Positions 27,069 to 41,440 of a DNA stretch of 64,000 nt are shown here, one piece after another (within the stretch, counting starts at the first letter, position 1; every line of letters begins with the position of its first letter). The notes beneath the pieces are model-generated. The model ran no database searches, was not told the origin of the DNA, and saw only the letters and a program-made list of their open reading frames with translations. Both the position numbers and the translations under genes were made by a program. This DNA comes from Octopus bimaculoides (taxonomy: Eukaryota), in assembly GCF_001194135.2 (NCBI RefSeq), contig NC_068984.1, forward strand, positions 39,727,434 to 39,791,433. The letters are read 5' to 3'.

Positions 27069-27144
27069 ACAACTGGTAGAAATAGGCTTGAAGAAGAAGG
27101 TTCACAAAGCTCAGAGGCTGGTACCTCACTGAGTTCTTCAAGAG
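27069..27144 (+). CDS. R3HDM1/R3HDM2/ARPP21: Coding exon 5 (TTGRNRLEEEGSQSSEAGTSLSSSR)
   Basis: Acceptor ttttgcag| and donor G|gtaata, phase 0-1; joins the next exon as SSSR-DSS as in the family. Confidence 0.85.
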
Positions 27145-27654
27145 GTAATACTAACTATTTTACTAAATTTATAAATTATTGAAGGAGAAAATCAGATTTT
27201 ATCAATAGAATAAGTTACAGATGTCAATGAGATTGATCACATGATAGAACACAGTCTTCAGATACAGAAGTTGACTTTATATCTATGATAAAAATCATTT
27301 AGTAACTCAACAGTTTTTTTTAAACTTCAAATATAAATATTTCAGTAATCATAAGATTTCCCCCAAAGTGAGGCTTTTAGTCATTTAAGCTAATTAAGAG
27401 AATGGTCTGGAAACAATACTGTAGTAATGTAGTAATCAGAGATTAGAAACAACAGTATTCAGTGAGCTAAACACTGGAGATTATTTTTCAAAGCAATGGG
27501 ATTACGATGATAAAAAAAGCTGACAGGCTAAGCCACATCTTGGAGTTTTTATGAAATATTTGCATGAAAATTGATAATAAAAGGAACAACTATGAGGAAC
27601 AAATGAATGTATAGTTGCTCTGAAATCACAGATATGGTTTGTAATATCTTCATC

Positions 27655-28440
27655 ATCATCATTGTACATCGATTGTCCATGCTGGCATGAGTTGGCAAGC
27701 TGGAAGGCTGCACCAGACTCCGGTCTGATTTGGCATGGTTTTCTACAGTTGGATGCCCTTCCTAATGCCAACCACTCCAAGAGTGTAATGGGTGCTTTTA
27801 TGTTCCACTGGCACAGGTGCCATTTGTGTGACACCAGGGTGTATTTACATGCCACCAGCATGGGTGCCAATTTGTGTGACACCAGTATCTGCCACAACTG
27901 TAATTTTGCTCAGCTTGATAGGTCTTCTTCTCAAGCATGACATAATGCCAAAGGTCTTGGTCATTGCCTCCATGAGGCCCAACACTCGAAAGGAACTCAG
28001 CCACTTTGCCTCCGTGAGGCCCAACGTTTGAAAAATATTCTTTACATGCTACCAGCTTGGGTGCACTTCGTTTGACAGGTCCTCTCAAGCACATCACATC
28101 ACTAAAGGTCTCAGTCACTAGTCATTGCCTCTGTGAGGCTCAAAGTTCAAAGATCATGCTTCACTACCTCATCCCATGTCTTCCTGGGTCTACCTCTACC
28201 ACAGATTCCCTCCACAGTTAGAGATTGGCACTTCTTTACACAGCTGTCCTTGTCCATATGCATCACATGACTATACCAGTGCAGTTGTCTCTCTTGCACA
28301 CCACATCTGATTCCTCTTGTGCCTAACTTTTCTCTCAAGATGCTTACACTCTGTCGAACATGCACACTGACATTGCACATCCGGCAATGCATACTGGCTT
28401 CATTTCTCTCAAGCCTATGCATGTCTATTTTCAGCATTTA
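27655..28440 (-). mobile_element. 5'-truncated RTE LINE (C-terminus, 3' UTR repeats and tail)
   Basis: ORF track 28147-28437: RLERNEASM..MCNVSV..LREKL..RGIRCGVQER.LHWY.HV..GRGRPRKTWDEVV; (cat)n tail at 27655. Confidence 0.9.
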
Positions 28441-30152
28441 TTGTGTAGATCGAGTCTATCTATATTCAGCATAGATGGAGTCTATTTTCAGTGTTTATTG
28501 TACCTGTGCACCTTCCACATACAAAAGTTAGTTTCCCTGTTAACCTCTGATGTTGCTGCACCTTTTATGCATCCAAAGTTTACACTACGAGTAGTTGATG
28601 CGTTGATTGGATCTGTTCGAGTGAAGTTAAAAAGAGAAGTGACACAGTGATATTTAGGATTTTTATACACAAAGATCAAGTCTCAGATTATTCATCTCAG
28701 TTCAAGAGATTGTAAATTTAGTTCAGACAGATATGAAAAATTTGACATCCCAAATATCTGTCAAGTAAAATGTCTCTGAAATTCTTTTCTAAAAAATTTG
28801 AATTCTAAATTTCTCTAGTATAATCTAATGTAGATCTGATGTATGTTTTCCACTTAAGAACGCATTGAAAATCATTCCATATATAAAATTAGCATTTTCA
28901 TTTCTGTTTTTTAAGAAGCTTCCTGAAAATATATTTTAAACTTTAGATCATTAGACTAATTCTACTAATAATTAGTGAAGAAGTTAAAGAGGGAAGTGAT
29001 ACCGTGATTATTCCTAAATCCTCAATTGCAGAAACTTGTGGAAATGGGAAGATAATTAAATTCATTCTTCATTTATTATTTATTTTTTTTAGTGTCATTT
29101 GTCTAAATGTAACACATTTCATTTGGACGTGGCAATTTTATATTGTACTAAATTCACTCATTGAATAATATTCCTAAAACTATTTTTTAGATCATTTATT
29201 GTATGTTCAGGGAAAGAAATGTATAATTTAGCATCATCTGCATGTAATTTTAAGGTAGTTGATCTGATGACTGTTGCATTATCACTGATATAAATAAGAA
29301 AGGTGACTAGGCCCAAAAGACTGCCTTGGAAATGCCATTCTTTACTGGAAGAATTGGAGAGGAACTCTTTGATATGAAGAAATTGGGTTCTGTTTGATAA
29401 TCTTCAACCCATTCTATTATTTATATGTTGAACCCATAAGACGGCATTATTTGTATGGGGTTATTTTTGTGACTGTTAATCAAATGTTTTTGCAATATGT
29501 ATCTGTTGAGAAAACACTATAAAAATGATCCAGACAAGACAACACATGAACAAAACACATGTTGTTGAATACTAGGCTGTGTGAGTTAAGATGGCTGTTT
29601 AGAAACAGAAAGCCTATTTCAGCATGGACATCAAAATTACTGAATGGAATTCAGCAAAGAAATTTTATGGTTTCTTTAATAAAATGTTTGACAGTGGAAA
29701 GGAAATTACCACTCTTCCATCCTCTATAAATACATCCACACATGCCAACAATTTTAACTTCCTCATCATTGACAAAAATTTTTTTTTTAAATCAACCATC
29801 TTAATTGCTATTCACCCAATTTCTTATTTAATTTATTTATATATCTTTAAATATTAGCAATTATTTGCTTTTACGTTTCTCTCTCTCTTCATTTTTTTTA
29901 TTGATCTGAAAAATAGGGAGACTCTATAAGCAAAGTGACCTTCTTTCAAGCAGCTTTTTCTCAATATTGTTGAGAAAATATGAACAAGAATGAATTTATA
30001 ATTGTAGAGAAGACAGTTTTAGAAGAGTGTTTGGTTTGGTTCTAAAAAATTAGACATTGTTCAGTTATTGAAAAAGAAACAGACCAAAAGTGTAGTAACT
30101 GCTATAACTATCTTCAATATTAGTCTTTTAAAAGTATCTTTGTATATTTCAG

Positions 30153-30297
30153 ATTCCAGTGTTGACATACCATACACTGATTCAACTGGTATAGACCTGG
30201 AAGATTTCATTAAGAAAACATTAAATAAAACACCAAAAGATAGGAAAATATTACTTAAATTAGAGACAGACCTCATTAAATTTGTAAAAGAACCTGA
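30153..30297 (+). CDS. R3HDM1/R3HDM2/ARPP21: Coding exon 6, start of the R3H domain (DSSVDIPYTDSTGIDLEDFIKKTLNKTPKDRKILLKLETDLIKFVKEP)
   Basis: Acceptor tttcag| and donor GA|gtaagt, phase 1-2; conserved YTDSTGIDL and DRxxLLKLE. Confidence 0.95.
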
Positions 30298-30362
30298 GTA
30301 AGTATTTATATATTACATAAAATTTGTGTTTTCTCTCTTTAATTTGACCAAGCTGTATTTAA

Positions 30363-30539
<177 letters not shown>

Positions 30540-31379
30540 TAAGTTATTTTGTATTTTTTGTTTACTTAGAACATTCTTTTAAATATAATATTTTACTTGT
30601 ATTTGATCCTGGTCAACTTTGCTCATATTGAATTGTTACAAGGAGATAATTGATCAAGCAAGTAAGTGTAACCTATGAAGCCAACATTTTAGATATTGAG
30701 GAATGCTAATCTGGGTTAAACTTCAACAAATGTTTGGTATTGTAACTATAAATGTTTTCTTATTGTAGATATCCTTTATTATGAGTTGTTTGTTGTAAAA
30801 CATTTGGCTGCTACATTAAGCAGTTTCATGGACTCATTATTTTTATTAGTAATTTTCAAAGATTTTTGTTCATACACATTATATATGACCATTTACAAAT
30901 AGATTCTTTTATCACTATAATTAAACAGATAAATAAATAGATCCCTTTCAAATTTGTTAATAAATCAAGAAATCCAGTCCTTTATGGCTTGATAAAACGC
31001 ATTATTATGCATCATATTTATTTTGCTTCTTCAATTTATATTTTTTATATCCACCTCCTATAATATCAGCTACTCTCCTCTGATAGTTACTTTCCAATAC
31101 ATGACAATGTTTGAAGTTTTTCTTTGGTAATCTGCAGGGGGCTTTGATAAAATGGTGGGGTGTATATTCATTTGGATAAATTCACCATTTGTTTATTCAT
31201 ATTTTGTTAATTGGGAAAGAGTAATTTGTAAAAAGTTACAGATGGTAATGAGCTGATGAAAATGTTTAATGTGGCAGTCAAATTTTCACAACAATCACAC
31301 CACTGTTTTTAAATATGATACACATAAATCAAAATCTAACTCTTAGGAAAGGTTACCTACAATAAGAAGAAAACATTTA

Positions 31380-32700
31380 TGGTTACAGTACCATGCATTT
31401 GTTGAAGCTTAACCCAGATTAACATACAGATTATTCCTAAATATCCAAATGGATATCTGAGTAAATTCATCTTTATTGCACTCCCAAAGAAGTCAGGAGT
31501 AGTGGACTGTGAAGAACATTGCACAATTAGTCTCATGAGCCATGTTAAAAAGATCATTCTGCAGGTAAGAAGCAGAATAACACCCAGGATTGGAATTGAA
31601 CAGTTTTGGCTTTGTAAAGGATGTTGGTACTAGGAATGCTATTTTTATATTGAGAAAGATAACCAATCAGGCAGTGGAGATGCAAAAAGATGTCTTCGTG
31701 TGTTTCATAGATTACCTTGATCTGCATGGAAAAGACATCTGAATCTTGCTGAGTCTGTGATGGAACTAATCAGCATGCATAAAGATGGATGACGAATGCA
31801 GTGAGTACACTAATATCAGGAGAGAGGTTGGACAAGGATATGTTATGTTGTTAGATCTCTTCAATTACTACAGCAAATTGATCATAAGAGGACTGAAGAA
31901 GGAAAAATGTCTTAGGATAGGAGGCAGAAACATCACAAACATAAGTTATACAGATGACACAGTCTTACTTGCAGAGTCAGAAAAGGAGCTGCAAAGACTT
32001 CTGGATGTAGTAGTGAGATAAAGTGAGAGGGAAGGTCTGTTCATAAATTGTAAGAAAACAGAGTGTATGGTGCTGAAAGTGAACACTCAAATTATTAAGC
32101 AGGTCTCGTCCTTCAATTACCTTGGAACTTTGATCACAGAAGACACAAGATGTGTGAAAGAGATCAAAAGACAAGTAGTGCTGGCAAAATCTGCATTGTC
32201 AAAATTGTATATCTTGAGAAACCATATTCTGAGCATCAAGACCATGATCCATATATTGAACGGCTATGTCTATCCTGTGTTAATGTATGGAAATGTGGCA
32301 AAGTATATAACACCAGAAATGAAAAAGTGCTTGGAGAGCTGTGAAATGTGGTTCTTAAAGAGAATATTGAGGATAGCATGGACAAGCGTCTAATGAAGAC
32401 GTGATGGCCTGGGTTATAGTAAAAAGAAAACTATTTCGTGAGATAAGGGCTAAACAACTGAGATTTCTTGGTCATGGATTAGGAAAAGGAGCCTGAAGAA
32501 TTTAGCAATGACCAGAAAGATTGAAGCAAAAAGAAGCAGAGGAAGGAAAAGGATGATATGGATGTCAAGCTTGACAATCTGGTTGGAAGAAAGAGTCATT
32601 AAACATCAGGAAGTCGGATTGTTACAGAAAACAATGAACAGAGGACATGATCACTTATGTCCTACATTCTGGACATGGCACCTAAAGAGAAAGAAATATC
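31380..32700 (+). mobile_element. Decayed RTE (BovB/RTE-1-like) LINE RT region, a different family from the other RTE copies
   Basis: ISLMSHVKKII, GTRNAIFILR, DVFVCFIDY, IRREVGQG, NISYTDDTVLLAESEKELQRLLD, FNYLGTLIT, CEMWFLKRILRIAW, RSRGRKRMIW. Confidence 0.88.
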
Positions 32701-33175
32701 TCATAGGTCCAGAATTTCTTTGAACATTTCTTAATTTCTGAAGTCATGCATGCACTCATTTGTCAATAGATATAACTTGTAAGCCATAAAAAAATGCCCA
32801 GTATATTTGGTAAAGTGGTTAGCATTAGAAATGGCATCCTGCTGTATAAAGCAGACTTTGGAACTTGACACAGTCTCTGACTCATCGGTTCCTGTCAAAC
32901 CATCTAACCCATGCCAAGATTGAAAAAAATCAATGTTAATAAATAACAAAGATGATAAAGACAAAGAAACTAAAAGCCCTTTTATCATAAAAATTGTTTT
33001 AACCCTTATACATTGGATGATTCTGAAGAACAGCTTATCTGTTCATCATTGTCTTTTATTATTTTGTTACAAATGTTGCTGTTATTAGCTCCTTTTATGT
33101 AGGATGTAATTTGAAGATTATTTAGCTGCTATTTCTATTAGGGCATGTGACCAGCTGTAACTTTTCACATATGAA

Positions 33176-33399
33176 TTAACCCTTTTGCTACCAGCCTGGT
33201 TGAAACTGGCTCAGGCTTTGAGTACAAATGTCTTGTTATCATTAGTTTTGAATTAAAATCTTCCACCAAACCTTAGTCACAATTTATGTTCCTAACACTA
33301 GCTGAATAATAACTAAGTTATTTTACTAAATTCTTTGTTATATTTAATGTAACTGAAACACAGAGCATCTCAAAATAAATACAGTAACAAAAGAGTTAA
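33176..33399. mobile_element. TTAA-flanked MITE (piggyBac-like)
   Basis: TTAA|cccttttgctacc ... gtaacaaaagag|TTAA; TIRs plus TTAA target-site duplication. Confidence 0.8.
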
Positions 33400-33834
33400 A
33401 GTAATCTTGAAACAACTTTGAAACAAATTAAAACAAACTTGGAGCAAATAAAAAAAATTTTTCTAATTAAATAAAGCCTTTGCTTTAACTTTATTTTAAT
33501 TTGCTTCAAAGTTATTTTAAATTGTATCTGAAATAGTTACGAAAATTTCTCAATGTTTTGTTATCAGAAAATAATTTTTAAGCACTGGTGTCCACAATAA
33601 TTTGGTCTCAATTTTGAGGAATTTTTTTTGTTTTAACAGAAAGATTCTGCAAGAGATGAAAAGAATGTCCTCTGACAGGAGAGGACATAGAATATTTAAA
33701 AAAATTAATTATATCAATACAAACACTAAGGAAAAAAATAATAAAATAATATTTTGGTATGAGCAAATAAAGTTAATATTACTTAGAAATTGCTTCCTTT
33801 AATGTTTGCTAACTTTATTTTCTGTTCTTTTTAG

Positions 33835-33925
33835 ACCTGAATTCAGTTTTCAAGAACACATACATGACTCTGATACCAATGTAGGAAAAAAACAGATACT
33901 AAAAAGAAATGGAAGTTTGGAAGAG
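33835..33925 (+). CDS. R3HDM1/R3HDM2/ARPP21: Coding exon 8 (PEFSFQEHIHDSDTNVGKKQILKRNGSLEE)
   Basis: Acceptor ttcttttag| and donor GAG|gtaagg, phase 2-0; matches the PE..F.EHI....ILKR linker and start of SUZ. Confidence 0.92.
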
Positions 33926-35171
33926 GTAAGGAAAACAACTTTATTTCACTTAGCAACATTTTGTGATTTTTTTTATACAAATAAAAGAATGCTAAAAGCA
34001 AAATTTAAAAAAACATTTGAAAATAAAATATTTCAGTATATCAGCCAAAAAAAGAAAAGTCTATCTTCTCAAAACAATTTTCAATTATTCAAAGTAGTTG
34101 GCATTTTGTCTCATTGTATACAATATTTTCATATTTAATTTTTAGTTTTGCTCTGAACTTTTTATTAAGTTTACATATAATGTTCAATAATGCTGTTTTC
34201 ATACTTGTGCTATTTTTAATGTAAACTTACCTAACTTGTTAACTGTTATCTTTGTGTATTCTATCATTAGTAGACATGTATCCTCTTGGAGTAGATTGAA
34301 TTCTATAGAGCCTTAAAATTCTTGCCATGCATAATTTTTTTAAGTAAAGCACAAAATAGCTTATCAGAATTATCCAAATTAAAACATATTTTACGCAAAC
34401 TATGAAATAGTTATTTTATAAACTATTAGAATATTATTGACTTAAAATTCTAAAAGTAATATCTTCTGTATTTAAGTGGTCCACATCTTTTCATTTATAA
34501 AATCATTTGAAATGATTGTAGAATAAAATCAACATATAGTTTTATTAGAAATTTATATATTCTGAGTTCATAGCAATTTAAAGAACTCAGAATTGTACTT
34601 CATTGGCATCATACAATTAAATTTGAATGAATATGTGATTAACTAAAATTTCTTCATACTATTCCATTGGATTATTATTTTTATCATTATATTATGGACA
34701 TATTACTTTACTTCATAGCAATGTCAACAGATACATGTTTACCGGCAATTCAGATGTCTAACCAATTTCAGTTTTAGTGTAATTATAAAACTTAATTTGA
34801 AGGTTTGTTTCAAAGCAATTAAGATAGTAATTCTCTAAAACCATGTTCCTTATGGAAAGATTAGGAGTGAAGAACACATTAATGTATATTATTTATAGAT
34901 ACATTGATATTTCTTTAACATGCAAAATATTAGAGTGTCTTTTATTTACAGCAAAACTTCGAGATCACCATTTTTTTAGATATTTAACTTCAGAAACTAG
35001 TTGTGCTCATGATATGTATTTTTCAGTCAAGTTATCTTTAAAACTTATGATATAGGTACTTTTTTTATAGCCTTAAAAATTACTTTTTGTTCTTTATAAG
35101 GGATAGTGAATGTCAGTGTGTTGTTGAGCTTTTTGTCTGGGTATTGTGAGTGCTTGGAATATCTTTACCCT

Positions 35172-35380
35172 TAGATGCTGTGGTGGCTTCATACATTTAC
35201 TTCTGGATGCTATGGTGGCTTGATACTTCTACCTCTGGATGCTGTGATGGTTTTGTACGTCTGGATTCTTTGCTGGCTTTTAAAACTCAATGTTGTGGTG
35301 ACTTTTACTTCTGGATGTTGTGATGGCTTTTACCTCTGGATGTTGTGGTGGCTTTTATTTACCTCTAGATGTTGTCATAG
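35172..35380. repeat. Imperfect minisatellite (unit approximately tggatgttgtggtggcttttacytc)
   Basis: About 7 variable 22-35 nt units visible by eye. Confidence 0.85.
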
Positions 35381-36814
35381 TTAAATGATTTTTTTGGCAT
35401 TACATTATCTGAGGTGCTTTTATTTTGTTATATGTTAGTATTTTAGTGAAGGATACTTCAGTAATTTAATCATTTAAGTCACTGTTGTAGCTTTACACAT
35501 TTCAACTCAGCATATACTTTTGTTTCTGAATTCTGCATTGGATATTTTTTATGGGTTGACAGGTAATTGACTGTAGCCTTCATCTTCAATGAACTAGATT
35601 TTCTTTGGAAACATCCTATTGTATGTCTAACCTTGTCCACAGATGAAATTGTTTTTTGTTTTGTTTTGTTTTTTTGTTATTTTTTAAGACAATAAACATT
35701 GTTGCTTGGTTCTATTGATGTATGAAAATATACATGTATATTTTTAAAAGGTTCTTTTAGAATTAGTATCTTTATACTAGCTACTTGATGCCCATGTCAC
35801 CATCTTAAAAAAGATCTGAGAGCTGCTGAAAGTAAACCTCTTATTGATTGGGCTTAAAACTGAAATCTTTACCCTTTGTGATGATGACTTCCACGAGTGT
35901 CTATAACTAAACAAGTTTTTAATGAAAATTACTTATATAAATAATCTTATATAAAGATTTAAATAGGATTATTTTCAGTCATTGGAATTGTAGAACAGAC
36001 ATATAACAAACACAAACATTCTTAGAAAATATTGTATATCTTATTTATATGCATATATATTTTTTTTCAATATTGATGTAAACAAAATATAATGCAGTTA
36101 TTAACTATACTGAAATAGTAAATCATTTATGTTTCTTGTCTCATGATTATGCAATATATGCAAATTTCTCCGTTCATTGTTTTTTTTTTGTATATATATT
36201 TATGATTCCTTGTCTTGTAGAAATGTCTAAGGTTTATGATTGATTCCAGGAAGTACTATGGAGCATATGGACTATTATATCAATTTAAGTTTATGATATA
36301 TATATGTGAAACTGTATAACTTTGAGATTAAACTTTTAATCCTTTCTTGTATTTACCATTGGCTCTAACATCTTTGTCTTCTGTGCAAATCTCTTGATTT
36401 AGATTTTATTTTTGCAATAGATAAGCTGGGTCTAATTGAGAAATTTCATACGTGAAAGTTGCTCTTTCAACTGCTATATTTTTTTAAACTGTATGCTTGG
36501 TAATTACAAGAATCAACATTGCTAAATCATAAAGTCTTTAGAATTAAAAACGTACACATGCATAGGTGCGTGCTTGTGTGTGTGTGTGTGAACCTTCATC
36601 TTTGATAACTCCATGGATTATATTTCCTGTGAAATACAATGCTATATTTTGCATGAAACTTTATAAGTTTCATCTGTTATTTTTTAACAAGTGTAAATAA
36701 TAGTTAGCTAGAACTGATTATTTTTCTTTTGTTCTTTTATGAACATCTGGAAGAGTAACCAATCTATATTCTGTTATCAAGGTTGCTATGCATAGAAACT
36801 AGTTATGTGTTCCA

Positions 36815-36817
<3 letters not shown>

Positions 36818-36862
<45 letters not shown>

Positions 36863-36890
36863 TCTCTCTCTCTCCCTCTCTCTCTCTCTC
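36818..36890. repeat. (CT)n microsatellite; other SSRs include (TG)n 6748-6771, (CA)n 9190-9240, (TA)/(GATA)n 16394-16440 and (TA)n 16968-16993
   Basis: Read directly from the sequence. Confidence 0.95.
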
Positions 36891-39800
36891 AGCACTTATA
36901 CTACCAGCCCTGCATTGTTTCTCTTATTATTAACCATATAAATCTGTCATGTAGTTAAGACAATTTATGCTATCTTAGAATAACTGTTTACAATCATTAA
37001 TGTTTTTTCATCAAGAGAAAACAAATGCTTGTTAGCTTAACCAAATTTACTGAAATACTTATATACACAATTTGTTTTCTACATTTTATTTTTCATGAAT
37101 AAAGCAGATTTTTTATTAACAAGCAAAGTTTATTCAAACAATATCTATCGTATATATAATTCATATATGAAACACATGTTCTCTTACTCTTTTTGTGTGT
37201 GTGAGGGGCAATGGGGACAGAGTTTGACAGAATTCAATTTACTAAAAATTTGAACTATTTGTTTTTTATTCAACATAGAGCAGATAAATTTGTTTTGAAA
37301 CAGTCATTTTATTGTATGGGTTAACAAATGGATTTTTTTCCTTTTGATTTATCACTATTATTTTATGATTTTAAGGAATAATTAAGCAAGTTGGCTTTCA
37401 ATAAAATATCAAGCTTCGAAATTTCATAGTAAGATTAAAATGTTTATGCCTGTAAATGATACTTTGTTTTTCCTTGAAGCACCACTCTTGAAAACAAAGG
37501 TTTTATTATTTTTGCATATTAAACTATGTGTTAATATATCAGAATAATATGATAATATTCAGTAAAAACCAGTTAGGTATTTTCCAGTAACATGTAAGTG
37601 AAACAGCTAAACATTTTTACCAATTATCTTTGTTATTAGAGATTTCATTATTTTGTCTAGAAACTCATTAATCTATTTGTGATCTTATTTCTGATGAAAT
37701 ATCTTGTCTATTTTTTCAATTAATATATTTATAATAATAATAATAAAAAAAAAGAAATTGGGGCAGTTTCATAATATAACTCCTTTTGTCCATTCTTAAG
37801 CTGCATTAGGATCAGAACTTTAAAAGGTCTTACTGAAATTATTATGAAAACATGATTCATACATGTAAGATTTAAAACAGGAGGATTTGTATCAAAGAAC
37901 AAATGATACTTTCAGAAGGGTTCATATGAAAAGAGTTAAAAGGAAGATACTTTCTAGATTGTAACATAAAAGAAAGAAAATAGCAAAATGAAAAAGAATA
38001 AGACAGAAAAAAATACTTTCATTATGTAGCAAAGATTTCAAACATTTTCATTGATGCTTATGTTTTATTATATTGATAATCCAGTAGATTATAACAATCT
38101 AGTAATTTTATTTAAGTAAAATTTAAATGATGTATTGATACTTCATAAAATTTTTAAAGCTTAAACTTTCTTCCTAGAGAAGAAAAATAAGAGACATTTA
38201 AAAAAAAAAGAAACTATAAAATCAATTTTGTAAATTAATTACAAAACAATTTTTTAAAAAAGGAGTGGGGGCGGGGGGGTCAATATGGTTCAGAAAAATA
38301 TTTATTCACTAAGTTTTCCAAGAGGATTGAATTGATGCTCACACAATATAGTTACCTATATAATGGTGCAATACTATTTCATACAATGTAAAATGTAGTT
38401 GTATGAGGCCAAAAACAGCCAAGTGCTCTCTGATAACATGAAATTTTTTTTGGTAATTATTAAATTTCATTTCTGTCAATAATATTTTTGAGAAAAGTAT
38501 GAATGTCACAACTTCCATTATCTAAATTCTGTAAAGTATTGTGAATGTGAGTAGAATTATAATGAACAGAAGATTAATGGTCTTGGACTTCTTATCTATT
38601 GCAAACGACAGCAGGAAAGCATTTCACTTATCTTCCTTGGTACACTATAAGAGTTATTTTGCTGTACTTAGAAGCATAGATGTTTCTTTAAAAACTTGAT
38701 TAAATACTGTATTTTGATGAAAAATGTGATTAAAAAAATTACAGACGAAAGTGAAATTAGAAATAGATATTTAAAACTCAGACTTCATAAAACCTTCATA
38801 TATGTATACAGAGGAAACAAGTTTATTGTGATCTTGAAATACATTAAGCCAAAAGAGGATGGTGTATATCTATGCAGGCATTTTGGTGTTCACTTACAAT
38901 TCAACTTGAAGCAATGCAAGGTGTGAATGAAATAACCTGAGTCTTTTAACAAGAGAACCTACTGTAATTATTGAAGTGGTAAAGCAAAAGAATGGAAGCT
39001 GAAAAAAAATAAATTCAATTCCTTAAGTTGTGAATCTAGATAATAATTTCTAATTAAATTCCATATGAAGATATCTTTGATGTTTGGCATATCAATGAGT
39101 GTCAACAGCAAATAAGGTAAAGGAATGCATTTATCATTGAAAATTATTGGGAGCCAATACACAAAATTATCAAAATACTTTTTTGCAATTCAATCTTTTA
39201 GACAGATTTTTGGTCCAGTAAAGCAACTCAGAAATAAATTGCTTTTCAAAATAAATAAATAAATAAAAATAAAGAAGCCTTGTACTTTGCATTTGTTGTT
39301 GTTCTTGTTGTTATATGTATGTTTGTGAGTAAGCAATTGTTACGATAAAAATTACTAAATGGCTTAGGAAAGTAATGTAATCACTCCAGAGCAATGCTAG
39401 AGCACACCAAAGATTTATAATGTACATAAGAGAAAATTAAATCTTTGTAGTTGATTATTCAATATTTGTATTGAATATTATATATCTGCCTTTTTGTGCC
39501 TGAATGAGTTGGATATTTCATCAAATTTAGACAACTTGTTGATTTTACAGTTGAATGCACTTCCTAAAACTAACCATTCAACCATAAATTAAGAATATTA
39601 TCTATTTTTCAGCAAGTAATATATTTTGCATATATGCATACACAACAAACCCCATAAGTGTATGATGTACTATAGACTAGTACATCATCATTTTGCCTCT
39701 TAACCACTGAAGAATTCATGATCAGGTGTTGTGAAAACCTTTCCTTGCAGTGAATATTTCAATACCAATTGCAGACATACAGAAGCAAAATGATATACAG

Positions 39801-41440
39801 AATCAATGAACTTGGACATAAGTAATGAGAAATCTGTGGCACCATTAACCAAAATGTAGATAATGAATTGATAGTAATTCACTTATATGAAGACATTATA
39901 AATAACATTTCTGTTCCACATACAATAATAATACATCATTAGATATTTTTTCAGAAGAAATCAAAATAAGTTGATTAGTTTATTTACCTAGAATCAATAA
40001 GAATAGTTCATTTTATGTCAAAATCATTCAGTGAAAAATTTCACTTGATATATCAGCAAAACTTTGGAATCAAAAATAGACCATTTACAATTGTAAGAAA
40101 AGAAATTTTTTTGATGAGTAGTGAGAATCTAAGAGATATACTGTTCAAGTAAGCATGACTTGCAGTGGTACAGATGCTATATGATCTCATTCACCAGTTA
40201 CTAGAGAGAAAACCAGATTAACTAAACACACTGTTGAGGTGAAATGACAGGTTGGCACATCCTCTACTCTCATGTACTGAAATGATTTTTAGTAAATAAG
40301 AGTATTATTATTCTTAGTTTAGAAATAAAAGTTTCTAATCTAAATCCAGACTGGTTATTATGTACACATAGACACCTGATCAAAATGTATATGTAAAAAT
40401 TGTCCTTTCTAAAGATTAGGTTAATAGTCCAAAAAATGATCTTATTAACAACTAGTTTCAGATATGTAACCATTTAATTTTATTTTTCCCTTCTTCAGCA
40501 CTCTTTATCTTCTTTCTTTGCACTCTTCTTTATAAATCACTATCTTGTAGAGATATGAGATTTGATGTACTGGAAATAGAATTTGATATAATTCATTGCA
40601 TGTAGAAATGTTAGTAATGTTTGCCAGACTACTTGGGGACTTACCTTAGTAATCAAGATATTAAGTAAAATACAAAATGTAAATGAAACACCAGAGAAAG
40701 TTTGTAAAGGACAAAAGAAATTAAAGCTAGTTCTGATCACTTCTTTCAAAATGAGTCAATGAAGGAGCTTCTGTGTAGTTACTTAATCTGTTAGAAATAG
40801 CAACCAAATCTCCCTCAAATCTCACACTACCACCTTGAATAGAAAAAGGTACATTGAATAATGTAGTTCAAGATACACAATGCCAGAGGAGGACAGGTTG
40901 GTCATAGTTGGAACACCTTTGATCATAGGTCTTCACAGCTTAGAATTAAGTAACAATTTCTTTCAAACTAAACCCAGAAGGAAACCTTTTTTTTTTTTTT
41001 GTAGTCTTTTGACTTGCTAGAAACAATCAAATCCCCTTCAAATCTCATTGAGATGTCTTAAAAACAAGCAATGTGGTCTGTAGCTCATAGCATATTATAC
41101 CTGACAACAAAAAAATGATGAGATGTTCATAATCAGAGATCTGCTGAATCATGATCAATTTGGAGAAAAACAAGATCTTTTAAGAAATTAATTAAAATAT
41201 TTACAGATATAATTAGCCGTGTGCCTCTATCTTTTGGTTTGTCAGTCCCCCTGATATGCATATCAAAGGCAGTCAGCTGCTTTGCAATTTTGACTGTGCT
41301 TGTATTTTGTGGAAATATTGACAGGTCATTTATTTGGCTAAACTATGATACCTTCATTATGCCATACTTAGTGGAAACACTAACAAATCATTGAGTAGAA
41401 ATATACGAAAGTTTACCTATATTGTGTGTATATATTATTA

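Noticed and set aside
34559-34593. 11-bp stem hairpin attctgagttc...gaactcagaat
   Set aside because: Too short for a pre-miRNA and plausible by chance in AT-rich DNA.
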